Assembly (NCBI GenBank): GCA_963662715.1
Contig: OY759724.1
Span: 2,074,662-2,138,661, forward strand
Source: Candidatus Omnitrophota bacterium
Lineage (GTDB): Bacteria > Omnitrophota > Gorgyraeia > Zapsychrales > JANLHA01
DNA length: 64,000 bases
Reading direction: 5' to 3'
Shown here one piece after another: positions 48,049 to 57,641 of this stretch. Under the pieces are notes generated by a model. The model was not told where the DNA came from, ran no database searches, and worked only from the letters and a program-made list of their open reading frames with translations. Both the position numbers and the translations under genes were made by a program. Position 1 is the stretch's first letter. Each line of letters begins with the position of its first letter.

Positions 48049-48122
48049 GGGCCCATAGCTCAGTCGGTCAGAGCAGTTGACTCATAATCAATTGGTCCCA
48101 GGTTCGAGTCCTGGTGGGCCCA
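48049..48122 (+). tRNA. tRNA with CAT anticodon (elongator Met, or Ile2 read via lysidine)
   Basis: Cloverleaf read by eye: acceptor GGGCCCA/TGGGCCC, D-arm GCTC...GAGC, anticodon stem GTTGA/TCAAT with loop CTCATAA, T-arm CCAGG TTCGAGT CCTGG. No encoded CCA. Confidence 0.85.
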
Positions 48123-48177
48123 GATAATACTGATATGTTTTGTCGCAAAGCAGGTTGTGCTTCCTTACGAATAAAAT

Positions 48178-48254
48178 GGGCGCATAGCTCAGCCGGTTAG
48201 AGTGCTGCCCTCACATGGCAGAGGTCGAAGGTTCGAGTCCTTCTGTGCCCACCA
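48178..48254 (+). tRNA. tRNA-Val (CAC anticodon), CCA encoded
   Basis: Acceptor GGGCGCA/TGTGCCC (one G-T pair), anticodon stem CTGCC/GGCAG with loop CTCACAT, T-arm GAAGG TTCGAGT CCTTC, 3' ACCA. Confidence 0.85.
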
Positions 48255-48314
48255 AAATTATATAATCTTTAGTGCAAAGGACAATTCGCTCTACGGGAAA
48301 GAAAGGAATAACGA

Positions 48315-49043
48315 TTGGAACAGATTGATATCAAAGAGCAAATCAGCGAATTATTGAAGCTGCAGCACGTAGATGCGGAAATTTATGATCTTAAAAGACA
48401 GTTAGAGGAAAAGCCGGAATATCTCAAGTCCCTTCAGGAGCAGTTTGAGGCTAAAAAGACCGTTTTTCATCAATTAGAGGAAAAACATAAGGCCGTACAG
48501 CTTGAACGGAAGTCCCAGGAAGGCGACCTGCAGGCGAAAGATGACGCTATCGCCAAGGCGAATATGCAACTGTCACAAATAAAAAACAACAAAGAATATA
48601 CTGCAAAAATTAATGAAATAGAGAGCATTAAAGCGGATAAGTCCATTATCGAAGAGAAGATCATCCTCGCTTACGATGAGGGGGACAAGCTCAAAGACGA
48701 AATAGAAAAAGAAAAAGAACTTGTTCATCAGGAGGAGCAGCGGTATTTGCAGCAGAAAAAGGAAGTGGAGGAGAATATCCGGAGCATTGAGCAGCGGATC
48801 AAGGAATTGCATAAGCAACGCGAGGAATTGATACCCCAAATTAATCCCTCTTTCTTAAGCCGTTATGAACGTATTCTGGTTAATAAAGAAGGGTTGGCTA
48901 TCGTCCCTGTCGAGGGCCAGGCCTGCGGCGGATGTTATATGAACGTGCCTGCCCAGGTGATCAATGAAATAAAGAAATATGAGGAATTGGTTTATTGTGA
49001 GATCTGTGCTCGGATCCTTTATTTAAAAGAAAGAGAATCATAA
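48315..49043 (+). CDS. Coiled-coil protein with a C-terminal C4 zinc ribbon (COG1579/DUF164-type)
   Basis: A long heptad-rich region followed by CGGCYM...CEIC. TTG start. Confidence 0.75.
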   Translation: MEQIDIKEQISELLKLQHVDAEIYDLKRQLEEKPEYLKSLQEQFEAKKTVFHQLEEKHKAVQLERKSQEGDLQAKDDAIAKANMQLSQIKNNKEYTAKINEIESIKADKSIIEEKIILAYDEGDKLKDEIEKEKELVHQEEQRYLQQKKEVEENIRSIEQRIKELHKQREELIPQINPSFLSRYERILVNKEGLAIVPVEGQACGGCYMNVPAQVINEIKKYEELVYCEICARILYLKERES

Positions 49044-49090
49044 TTATAATAAAGAATGACGACGCGGATTCGGACCATGTCTGAGGAGCT

Positions 49091-49546
49091 ATGAGACTGA
49101 AAATATACTCTGATGGTGCTTGTAGCGGTAATCCCGGCCCCGCAGGTATTGGTGTTGTTATTCACAAAGACGGGGAAGTTGTTAAAGAGATTTCGAAGTA
49201 TATCGGAGAGGCAACGAATAATATTGCAGAGTATACGGCTGTCATTTATGCCGCTCAGGAAGCGCTGATTATGCGGGCCGATGAAGTAGCGCTTTTTACT
49301 GACAGCGAGCTTGTTTATAATCAATTGTCCGGCTATTATAAGGTTAAGGACAGCAAAATCAAGCCGCTTTTTGATCAAATTCAGCATTTAGCTGGGGGGT
49401 TCAAAAAATTTTATATCACGCATGTCCTCAGGGATAAAAACAAGGACGCTGATAAATTAGCACGTAAGGCCATTAAAGACAAGCAGGCCAAGGTGGTTGC
49501 CTCGCGGCCGGTCCAGAATCAGGTGCAGTCTGATTTATGGGCTTAA
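49091..49546 (+). CDS. rnhA: Ribonuclease HI family protein (RVT_3/type-1 RNase H fold)
   Basis: DEDD catalytic pattern: IYSDGAC, TNNIAEYTA, FTDSELV and NKDADKLA. Confidence 0.8.
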   Translation: MRLKIYSDGACSGNPGPAGIGVVIHKDGEVVKEISKYIGEATNNIAEYTAVIYAAQEALIMRADEVALFTDSELVYNQLSGYYKVKDSKIKPLFDQIQHLAGGFKKFYITHVLRDKNKDADKLARKAIKDKQAKVVASRPVQNQVQSDLWA

Positions 49547-49897
49547 ACAAACCGCGGGGAGGAAAGTCCGGGCTCCAAAGGATATTGTATCCTGGTAACG
49601 CAGGACATCCTGATTTCCGTATCAGGGTAGGATTAGAGCTACAGTGACGATACTCGATCCTTGTTAACAGGGGTCGAGGGTGAAACGAGCAATCTCTACA
49701 AGGAGCAAGGCCAAATAGGGAGAGACACGGTGATAACACCGGGGCGAAGTGATCCGCTTCGCGAAAAGAGCGCAGCTGTTTTCGGTATCTCCGGGTAGGC
49801 TGCAAGAGTCCTTAACGTGAGTTGAGGAGTCAGTGCAATAACCATCCATCTCGCCTGTAAAAAATCGAGATGCACAAAACCCGGCTTATTGGTCTGC
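49525..49897 (+). ncRNA. rnpB: RNase P RNA, bacterial type A
   Basis: Universally conserved P4 strands GAGGAAAGTCCGGGCTCC (49558-49575) and CACAAAACCCGGCTTA (49873-49888). Other matches: GGTAACGC, AGGGTGAAA, AGCAAGGCCAAATAGGG and CCGGGTAGGCTGC. Ends were inferred from pairing GCAG(T)CTGAT with ATTGG(T)CTGC and are approximate. Confidence 0.85.
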
Positions 49898-50018
49898 TTG
49901 AAATATCATTTTTGGGGAATTTTTATGAGTGTTCTGAGAGATGTCGGAATATGGCTTTTCGAAAAGAGAGCGGATTTTTTATTTGTATGAATCATGATTT
50001 AAATGAGGAGGGTTGAAT

Positions 50019-50768
50019 ATGTCAGGTCATTCGAAATGGGCAAGTATTAAACATAAAAAGGCGGCTACTGATGCAAAAAGAGGCGCTGCTTTTACTAAGG
50101 TGACCCGAGAAATTACCGCTGCCGCCAAGGATGGGGGCGGTAATACAGAGACAAATATCAGGCTTCGTGCGGCAATTGCCCGGGCTAAAGAGATTAATAT
50201 GCCTAATACGAATATTGAAAATGCTATAAAGAAGGGGACAGGAGAACTTCCCGGTGTGATCTATGAAAATGTGGTTTTTGATGCCTATGCTCCGGGTGGC
50301 GTGGCGATGCTTATTGAAGGCTTGACGGATAATAAGAACCGGACGACAGCTGAAATCAGAAATATTCTGTCGAAGAAGAACGGCAGTCTGGCCGGAGCCG
50401 GCAGCACGGCCTGGATGTTCACATCAAAGGGTTTTATCTCTATCGAGAAAGACAAAATAGGGGAAGAGGAACTGATGGACATTGTCCTTGAGGCCGGCGC
50501 CGACGATATTGATCCCAAAGGACAATATTATGAAATTGTTTGCGATCCTTCAAACTTGGAAGCAGTCAAGGCCGCCATTCAAGCCAAAAATATTCCCACC
50601 GTAACGGCTGAAGTCACGAAGATTCCTAATTCTTATATCAAGGTCACGGGCAACGAGGCGAAGCAGGTGTTGAGCCTGATGGAAACTTTGGAGGACCACG
50701 AGGATATTCAGGCCGTTCACGCCAATTTTGATATCCCGGATGACGAGATGGAAAAAGCAGCGGAATGA
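50019..50768 (+). CDS. yebC: YebC/PmpR-family transcriptional regulator
   Basis: MSGHSKWASIKHKKA N-terminus. RBS GAGGAGGG before ATG 50019. Confidence 0.9.
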   Translation: MSGHSKWASIKHKKAATDAKRGAAFTKVTREITAAAKDGGGNTETNIRLRAAIARAKEINMPNTNIENAIKKGTGELPGVIYENVVFDAYAPGGVAMLIEGLTDNKNRTTAEIRNILSKKNGSLAGAGSTAWMFTSKGFISIEKDKIGEEELMDIVLEAGADDIDPKGQYYEIVCDPSNLEAVKAAIQAKNIPTVTAEVTKIPNSYIKVTGNEAKQVLSLMETLEDHEDIQAVHANFDIPDDEMEKAAE

Positions 50769-50769
50769 T

Positions 50770-51255
50770 ATGAAAATTATTGGTGTTGATCCGGGCTTGC
50801 ATGCCACGGGGTACGGGTTGATTACCGTTGAGTTGAGTCAATCCAGAAATGTTAAGCTCCTTGAAGCCGGGGCTATTGAACCCAAGCCGGATGATTTCCT
50901 GCAAAACAGAATCAATAAAGTCTACGATTGTCTTACGGATATCGTTTCTGAACATCGGCCGACAGTCATGGTTTTGGAGAGGCTTTACTCTCATTACCGG
51001 CATCCGACAACGGCCTGCAAATTGGGACATGTGAGAGGCGTGATCTGCCTCGTCTGCGCCCATCAGCATCTTCAGCTGGTTGAGTACAGCGTAAAACGCA
51101 TCAGGAAAAATGTTGTGGGTGACGGCAACGCGTCAAAACAGCAGACCCGGGAAGTCGTCGCTAACATTCTCCGTATTGATCCCGGACGGCTGACATTGGA
51201 TGCGAGCGATGCTTTGGCGCTGGCCTTGGGGTATGCGTATATGGAACATTATTAG
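50770..51255 (+). CDS. ruvC: Crossover junction endodeoxyribonuclease RuvC
   Basis: MKIIGVDPGLHATGYG, VLERLY and ASDALALAL motifs. The start was trimmed from the track ORF to ATG 50770. Confidence 0.9.
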   Translation: MKIIGVDPGLHATGYGLITVELSQSRNVKLLEAGAIEPKPDDFLQNRINKVYDCLTDIVSEHRPTVMVLERLYSHYRHPTTACKLGHVRGVICLVCAHQHLQLVEYSVKRIRKNVVGDGNASKQQTREVVANILRIDPGRLTLDASDALALALGYAYMEHY

Positions 51256-51293
51256 GCCGATATCTTGTGGAATAAGAATATAAAATATATAAG

Positions 51294-51920
51294 ATGATAA
51301 CGAAGATTTCTGGACAACTGGTTGAAAAAAAAGATAATTCATTGATAATAAAGGTGGGGGGCGTGAGTTATGAAATTTTTGTCCCTTACTCGGTGTTGCA
51401 GAGAGTTTACGAACATGCGGATGAACAGAATCAACTGGAACTGATTACTTATCATTATATTCAGATGGGGACAGGAGCGGGATTCCCTTTTTTGGTTGGG
51501 TTCTTAAATGAGGTTGAAAAGGAATTTTTCCTTCAGTTTATCAAAGTCTCTGGGATCGGTCCCCGGGCCGCTGTCAAGGCTTTAAACAAGCCGATCAGTG
51601 AAATATCGGAAGCCATCGACCGGGGAGACCTACAGTATTTAAAGTCGCTTCCGGGCATTGGGTTCCAGAGGGCGAAAGAGATTGTTGCAAAATTGCAGGG
51701 GAAGGTCGGACGCTATGGGTTAATTCAGGATAAAACCCCGGCGGAGACCGGTTGCCCCATCCCGGATTGGCAGGAAGAAGCTTTGGCTGTCTTAGTTCAG
51801 TTGCAGTATAAAAAGCCGGAAGCGAAGTCTATGATTGATAAAGCTTTAAGACGTTGCCCGCACATCAAGGACACAGAACAACTGATTAATGAAATCTATA
51901 AACAAAGGATGAATGATTGA
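51294..51920 (+). CDS. ruvA: Holliday junction DNA helicase subunit RuvA
   Basis: MITKISG...VGGVSYEI OB-fold N-terminus and HhH motifs SGIGPRAA and LPGIGFQRAKEI. Confidence 0.9.
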   Translation: MITKISGQLVEKKDNSLIIKVGGVSYEIFVPYSVLQRVYEHADEQNQLELITYHYIQMGTGAGFPFLVGFLNEVEKEFFLQFIKVSGIGPRAAVKALNKPISEISEAIDRGDLQYLKSLPGIGFQRAKEIVAKLQGKVGRYGLIQDKTPAETGCPIPDWQEEALAVLVQLQYKKPEAKSMIDKALRRCPHIKDTEQLINEIYKQRMND

Positions 51921-52753
51921 TGACTCAGTCAGAAAAAGATTTTATTAAGAATATTATTGAAGCGTTGCTGTTTATCAGTGAAAAACCCGTGTCGTTGGAA
52001 CAGATCCGTGCGGTGATGGAAGAGGTGTCGCCCGCGGATATCCGCCGGAAGATTCTGGAATTAAAAGATGAATATGAAAGTGGCATGCGGGGTATCGTGA
52101 TTATGGAGATCGCCGGCGGATATCAAATGTTAAGCAGCCCGCATTATACGGATGCTATCCGTCGGTTCTTTAAAAAAAGAGTTAAAGAGAAATTGTCCAG
52201 ACCCGCTTTGGAGACTTTGGCGATTATTGCTTATAAACAGCCCGTGTCCCGGGCTGATATTGAAGTCATCAGGGGCGTAAATTCGGATGGGGTCGTGGCC
52301 CATCTTCTTAACAAGGGGCTCATTAAGGTTGTGGGGCGCAAAGAACTCCCGGGCAAGCCTTACATCTATGGCACAACAAAACAGTTTCTTGAATATTTTG
52401 GTTTGAAGTCCTTGCGTGACCTGCCTAAACTGGAAGATTTCCCCACGTTATTTGCCAGCAGCGGCGAGACGGGGCATGCGACACCGGAAGAAGGCTCCCG
52501 GGATGTTGAGCCGGATGCTGCTGCCGCACAAGATATCCCTGATGAAGAGGGCGTTGAAGGCCAGGAGGCGGTTGCCTCTGTGGAGGATGTTTCTGAAGGC
52601 GTTTCGGAGGACAAGGAGGAATCCCGGAATTTTGCCTCCCCTGTGCCGGATGCTTCAAGGGAGGAAAGCCAGGAGTCCCTGCCGCTGGAAGGGGTTGAAG
52701 CGAATATGCCTGAGGGTGAACCTGTTATGAGTAACGAAAGAGAACATTTATGA
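51920..52753 (+). CDS. scpB: Segregation and condensation protein B (ScpB) with a long acidic C-terminal tail
   Basis: IIEALLFISEKPVSLEQI, LETLAIIAYKQPVSRADIE.IRGV and GKPYIYGTTKQFLEYFGL motifs. The ATG overlaps the ruvA TGA (TGATG). Confidence 0.85.
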   Translation: MTQSEKDFIKNIIEALLFISEKPVSLEQIRAVMEEVSPADIRRKILELKDEYESGMRGIVIMEIAGGYQMLSSPHYTDAIRRFFKKRVKEKLSRPALETLAIIAYKQPVSRADIEVIRGVNSDGVVAHLLNKGLIKVVGRKELPGKPYIYGTTKQFLEYFGLKSLRDLPKLEDFPTLFASSGETGHATPEEGSRDVEPDAAAAQDIPDEEGVEGQEAVASVEDVSEGVSEDKEESRNFASPVPDASREESQESLPLEGVEANMPEGEPVMSNEREHL

Positions 52754-53808
52754 GTCTAAATGAATTAAGAAAAAAGATTGATCAGATTGATGAAAAAATC
52801 GTGTCCTTGCTGAATCAGAGAGCCAAGGTCAGCAAAGCTATCGGGCAAGAAAAAGCCAGAAGTAATAAAGGGGTGTATGCTCCTGACCGGGAAGTTAAGG
52901 TTCTTAAAAAGATACGGTCTCTTAATCAAGGTCCCATGACTCACGAAGGGTTGGAGGCGGTTTACCGGGAGATCATGTCCAGTTCCCTTTCATTGGAAAA
53001 GAATTTGCGTATTGCCTATATGGGGCCGCAGGCGTCTTTTTCCCATCTGGCGGCGCAGCGCCGGTTCGGCTCGCAGGTCGGATATGTTCCGAGCGGAAAT
53101 ATTGCCGATGTCTTCCGCGCCGTGGAAAGCGGTGACTGTGATTATGGCGTTGTCCCGATAGAGAATTCAATCGAAGGAGCCGTGAATCATACGTTTGACC
53201 TGTTTGTCGAATCTGAATTAAAGATTTGTTCGCAGATTTTGTTGGAAGTGTCGCATAATCTTTTAGCGAAAATCCCGGAGAAAAATATTAGAAGAATTTA
53301 TTCTAATCCGCAGGTTTTTGGCCAATGCCGCAGCTGGCTGACAGCTCATTTGCCGCAGGCAGAACTCATTGATGTCGTCTCAACGACCAGGGCGGCGCAG
53401 CTGGCGGCCAAGGAAAAGAATGCGGCATGTATCGCATCATTAATGGCCGCTCAAGTGTATAATCTGCGTGTCCTTCATAAAGATATAGAGGACCGCGCTT
53501 ATAATATTACTCGGTTTTTAGTTATTGCCCAGACGGATGTCCCTCCGACAGGAAAAGACAGGACGTCGATCCTTTTTTCGATCAAGGACCGCATGGGCGC
53601 GCTGCACGATATGTTGACTCCTTTCTTCGACAATAAGATCAATTTGACGAAAATCGAATCTCGCCCTTCCAAAAAGAAAGCGTGGGATTATTATTTCTTT
53701 GTCGATTTTGAGGGGCACCGGGAGGAGAAGCCTGTGAAGCGGGCCTTAATGAAATTGGAAGATATGTGTAAATATTTAAAAATATTAGGTTCCTATCCTG
53801 TATCATAG
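52750..53808 (+). CDS. pheA: Bifunctional chorismate mutase / prephenate dehydratase (P-protein)
   Basis: N-terminal chorismate mutase helix (LRKKIDQIDEKIVSLLNQR), a PDT domain (IAYMGPQASFSH, VPIENSIEGAV) and a C-terminal ACT domain (TSILFS...GAL, ESRP). ATGA overlap with scpB. Confidence 0.9.
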   Translation: MSLNELRKKIDQIDEKIVSLLNQRAKVSKAIGQEKARSNKGVYAPDREVKVLKKIRSLNQGPMTHEGLEAVYREIMSSSLSLEKNLRIAYMGPQASFSHLAAQRRFGSQVGYVPSGNIADVFRAVESGDCDYGVVPIENSIEGAVNHTFDLFVESELKICSQILLEVSHNLLAKIPEKNIRRIYSNPQVFGQCRSWLTAHLPQAELIDVVSTTRAAQLAAKEKNAACIASLMAAQVYNLRVLHKDIEDRAYNITRFLVIAQTDVPPTGKDRTSILFSIKDRMGALHDMLTPFFDNKINLTKIESRPSKKKAWDYYFFVDFEGHREEKPVKRALMKLEDMCKYLKILGSYPVS

Positions 53809-53810
53809 CT

Positions 53811-54899
53811 ATGAAAGTATTACCTCGTGTTTTAACAGTCAAGCCTTATCAGCCGGGGCGCCCTATAGATGAAGTCAAACGTGAACTGGGCCTGAAGTCG
53901 GTGATCAAACTGGCTTCGAATGAAAGTCCTTACGCCCCTTCTCCTAAAGTGTTGGCAGCCATTTCCAAAGAAGCCGGGGCAATTAACCGTTATCCGGATA
54001 GCGGCTGTTATACCCTGCGGCGGGCTCTTTCTGCGGAGCTGTCGTGTCATGAAAACCAGTTGATTTTCGGGAACGGTTCGGATGAGATCATTGTCGCGGC
54101 CATTCGTGCCTTTGTCGGGGAAGGCGATGAGGTTGTGGTGGCCCACCCCTCATTTCTTATTTATACCATTGCCACTCAGGTCGTAGGGGGAAAGGTTCAG
54201 GCTGTCCCGGTAAAGGATTTCCGCTACGATCTTTCGGGGATGGCCCAAGCGGTCTCCGACAGGACGAAGATTGTTTTCCTGGCCAATCCGGATAATCCGG
54301 CCGGCACGTATATTTCTACCGGGGATTTGGAACGCTTCCTTTCCTGTCTCCCTTCGGATATTGTTGTTTTTTTAGATGAAGCTTATCACGAATTTGTGGC
54401 CGACAGGAAGGATTATCCGAATTCCAAGGAGTTGCTGAAGAAATATCCTCAGCTGATTATTTCAAGGACATTTTCCAAACTGTACGGCTTGGCCGGGTTG
54501 CGGATCGGGTACGGTCTGGCCCGTCCGGAAATGATAGACATCCTTAAACGGGTTTGCGAACCTTTTAACGTCAACTCTCTGGCTCAGGCGGCGGCTTTAG
54601 CCTGTTTAAAGGATAAGCCTTATTATCGACGCATTGCCAGGGAGATCGAAGCTCAGCGTGAATTTATCTTTCAGTGCCTGGAGTCCTGGGGCATCGGATT
54701 TGTGCGAACGTGTACGAATTTTGTGCTTATTCTTGTGCCGGGAAAGGGAAGGGACTACTGTCGGGGACTATTGGAAAAGGGGATTATTGTCCGGGATATG
54801 AGTGGTTGGGGTTTGGACCATTATATCCGGGTGACCATCGGAACCCCGAAAGAGAACAAGCGCTTTTTATCCGTTTTTAAAACCATGATAAAAAGATAA
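53811..54899 (+). CDS. hisC: Histidinol-phosphate/aromatic aminotransferase (class II)
   Basis: [19 protein letters not shown] and [17 protein letters not shown] (PLP lysine) motifs. Confidence 0.85.
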   Translation: MKVLPRVLTVKPYQPGRPIDEVKRELGLKSVIKLASNESPYAPSPKVLAAISKEAGAINRYPDSGCYTLRRALSAELSCHENQLIFGNGSDEIIVAAIRAFVGEGDEVVVAHPSFLIYTIATQVVGGKVQAVPVKDFRYDLSGMAQAVSDRTKIVFLANPDNPAGTYISTGDLERFLSCLPSDIVVFLDEAYHEFVADRKDYPNSKELLKKYPQLIISRTFSKLYGLAGLRIGYGLARPEMIDILKRVCEPFNVNSLAQAAALACLKDKPYYRRIAREIEAQREFIFQCLESWGIGFVRTCTNFVLILVPGKGRDYCRGLLEKGIIVRDMSGWGLDHYIRVTIGTPKENKRFLSVFKTMIKR

Positions 54900-54954
54900 T
54901 TATTTAAAGGATAAAACCAGGATAGCTTTGCGGAAAAATCCTGAAGGGGGATTT

Positions 54955-55971
54955 ATGATTATTATTTGTAAACCGGATGCCACAGAAGAACAGCTGCATC
55001 ATATTATTGAAAAAGCGGAAAAATTAGGGCTCAAAGTTCATGTCTCCAAGGGCGTAGAGCGAACAGTCCTGGGATTTATCGGCCCGGAAGACGTTTTGCG
55101 CGTGATTCCCTTGGAAGTTTTTCCGGGAGTTGACCAGGTTTTGCCGGTACTGGTCCCGTATAAACTTGTATCCCGGGAATTTCAAAAAGAGGATTCAATC
55201 ATTCGGATTAATGAAACGGTGCAGGTCGGGGGCGAAAAGATTACCGTCATAGCCGGGCCGTGTTCTGTGGAAAGTTACGATGCCTTGCTGTCTGTGGCCG
55301 AGAAAGTCAAAGCATCGGGAGCAACGGTTCTCCGGGGAGGGGCGTTCAAGCCCCGCACGTCCCCTTATGATTTTCAAGGGCTGGGAGAAGAAGGGTTGAA
55401 GTATCTTAAAGACGTCAGTGAAGCCGTAGGATTGGCGACGATTACGGAGGTCATGGATCCGCGTCATGTCGACCTTGTTGCCCGGTATGTGGATGTCCTG
55501 CAGATTGGAGCAAGAAATATGCAGAATTATAGCTTGCTGCAGGAAGTCGGGAATACCAAGAAACCGGTCATGTTAAAACGCGGAATGAGCGCGACGATTA
55601 AAGATCTTTTGATGGCGGCGGAATATATTGCGGCAAAGGGCAATTTAAATGTTATGTTGTGTGAAAGAGGTATTCGGACATTTGAAACGGCGACCAGGAA
55701 CACATTTGATATTAATGCCATTCCTGTCATTAAGCAGAAGTCCCACCTACCCGTCATTGCTGACCCTAGTCACGGCACTGGCCGATGGGGTTTGGTCAGC
55801 CGGATTGCTTTAGCTGCTGTGGCGGCCGGATGCGATGCTTTGATTATTGAAGTTCATGCCAATCCTGAAGAAGCCTTGTCTGACGGCGCCCAATCCCTTA
55901 CCCCGGAAAACTTTCAAGCCCTTATGTTACAGTTGCAAGCTGTCGCTAAAGCCGTAAACAGAGCGCTTTAG
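54955..55971 (+). CDS. aroF: 3-deoxy-7-phosphoheptulonate (DAHP) synthase, type I-beta with an N-terminal ferredoxin-like regulatory domain
   Basis: [49 protein letters not shown] and DPSH motifs. RBS GAAGGGGG before ATG 54955. Confidence 0.9.
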   Translation: MIIICKPDATEEQLHHIIEKAEKLGLKVHVSKGVERTVLGFIGPEDVLRVIPLEVFPGVDQVLPVLVPYKLVSREFQKEDSIIRINETVQVGGEKITVIAGPCSVESYDALLSVAEKVKASGATVLRGGAFKPRTSPYDFQGLGEEGLKYLKDVSEAVGLATITEVMDPRHVDLVARYVDVLQIGARNMQNYSLLQEVGNTKKPVMLKRGMSATIKDLLMAAEYIAAKGNLNVMLCERGIRTFETATRNTFDINAIPVIKQKSHLPVIADPSHGTGRWGLVSRIALAAVAAGCDALIIEVHANPEEALSDGAQSLTPENFQALMLQLQAVAKAVNRAL

Positions 55972-56016
55972 CATTTTCTGGTTGGATTCTTAAAGAATTA
56001 AGGGAGAAAAAGACAT

Positions 56017-56871
56017 ATGCCACTAGGATCACGTTTATTTAAAAAGGTCACCATTATTGGTGTTGGATTGATGGGCGGATCTTTGGGAAAAGCCATCAAA
56101 AAGCATAATCTTGCCAAAGAAGTCGTCGGGCTGTCTCAACGTCAGTCAACTTTATCGACGGCAGTCAAAACCCAGGCGATTGATTATGGGACTCACGATA
56201 TTAAAAAGGCCGTGCATAATGCCGACTTGGTCGTTCTCGCTACCCCGGTCAGCATTATTACAGGCATGTTGTCGATGATCGGGCCTCATTTGAAACGCAA
56301 TTGTATTGTCACAGACGTGGGAAGCTCCAAAGTTTCCATCGTTCAGGCCGCTCAGCAGTCTTTGCCGAATTATGTTAGTTTTTTGGGGTCGCATCCCCTC
56401 GCGGGATCAGAGAAAAGGGGTGTCCAGTTCTCCGACGATGAACTGTTTAACGGGTCGCTTTGCATTATAACTCCGACCGAGCGGGGCAACCGTTCAGTCA
56501 CGAACAGGGTCAAATCCTTATGGAGCCGCGTTGGATGTAAAGTGAAATTTTTATCTCCGGAGGAGCATGACCGTATCATGGCTTTTATCAGTCATCTCCC
56601 GCATGTCCTGGCCTTTTCCCTGATGAATATTATTCCGGAGGATTTATTGGAGTATGCGGCCCAGGGCTTAAAAGACACCACAAGGATTGCGGCCTCTTCT
56701 CCCCAAGTGTGGAATGATATCTGTATGGGCAATGCCCATAATATTGTTAAACTTTTGGATGATTATGTGAAGGATTTGTCTGCTATCAGACGAGCCATTA
56801 TAACGAATGATACGAAGTTCCTTTTGGACACGTTCCAGAAAGCCAAAGAAAAAAGAGATAGGATTATGTGA
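56017..56871 (+). CDS. tyrA: Prephenate dehydrogenase
   Basis: VTIIGVGLMGGSLG NAD fold, GSHPLAGSEK and ISHLPH motifs. Confidence 0.85.
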   Translation: MPLGSRLFKKVTIIGVGLMGGSLGKAIKKHNLAKEVVGLSQRQSTLSTAVKTQAIDYGTHDIKKAVHNADLVVLATPVSIITGMLSMIGPHLKRNCIVTDVGSSKVSIVQAAQQSLPNYVSFLGSHPLAGSEKRGVQFSDDELFNGSLCIITPTERGNRSVTNRVKSLWSRVGCKVKFLSPEEHDRIMAFISHLPHVLAFSLMNIIPEDLLEYAAQGLKDTTRIAASSPQVWNDICMGNAHNIVKLLDDYVKDLSAIRRAIITNDTKFLLDTFQKAKEKRDRIM

Positions 56872-56872
56872 A

Positions 56873-57583
56873 ATGAAAGATCTTTCGGGTTTTCATGTTG
56901 TGACCATTGACGGACCGGCGGGAGCGGGAAAAAGCACTGTCGCTAAAATGCTCGCCCGGAGGCTGAATTATGCGTATCTGGACACGGGGGCCATGTACAG
57001 GGCTTTGACTCTTAAGGCGATGCGCACAGGCTGTGAATTGGCCCGGGAGGAGTCCCTGATCCAGTGCGCGCAAAAAACAACTATTGCCTTGAAGGCGGAT
57101 CCGGTTAAGGGGCTGAGGGTTTTTCTGGAAGGGGAGGATGTCTCCGATGAGATCCGTACCCTGGAAGTCACGAACAATACGTTTTATGTCGCCAGGGTTC
57201 CCGCGGTGAGAGAGATTTTGGTGGGCTGGCAAAGAGATATCGGGAAGAAACAAAACGTTGTGGTGGAAGGAAGAGATGTGGGCACGGTTGTTTTTCCGGA
57301 GGCTTCGTTCAAATTTTATCTTGACGCGGAATTCTCCGAACGGGTCCGTCGGCGGCTGACAGAACTGCGGGATAAGGGGAAGGCTGTAGAGGCAGAACAG
57401 CTCCGTTGTGAACTGAGTGACCGTGATCAGAAAGATCTCACCAGGACAGTCGGACCTTTAAAGAAAGCCGAAGATGCTATTATGCTTGACTCGACATCGT
57501 TATCTATTGAAGATGTCGTTGACAGCATGTTAAATATCATTCAGGCTAAACGCGCTGTGCCGGAGGGGCAAAAAAGTCCCTGA
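56873..57583 (+). CDS. cmk: (d)CMP kinase
   Basis: VVTIDGPAGAGKSTVAK P-loop, YLDTGAMYR and EGRDVGTVVFP motifs. The start was trimmed to ATG 56873. Confidence 0.9.
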   Translation: MKDLSGFHVVTIDGPAGAGKSTVAKMLARRLNYAYLDTGAMYRALTLKAMRTGCELAREESLIQCAQKTTIALKADPVKGLRVFLEGEDVSDEIRTLEVTNNTFYVARVPAVREILVGWQRDIGKKQNVVVEGRDVGTVVFPEASFKFYLDAEFSERVRRRLTELRDKGKAVEAEQLRCELSDRDQKDLTRTVGPLKKAEDAIMLDSTSLSIEDVVDSMLNIIQAKRAVPEGQKSP

Positions 57584-57641
57584 CCCGGCCGGGAGGGGCC
57601 GTGATAGCGGCAGAATCACTCTGCCAGAAGAAATAAAAAAT

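Noticed and set aside
48049-48254. The tRNA pair as an integration hotspot with an adjacent island
   Set aside because: I saw no duplicated tRNA 3' end downstream. The flanking genes (rpoD side, COG1579/RNase HI side) are housekeeping and show normal composition.
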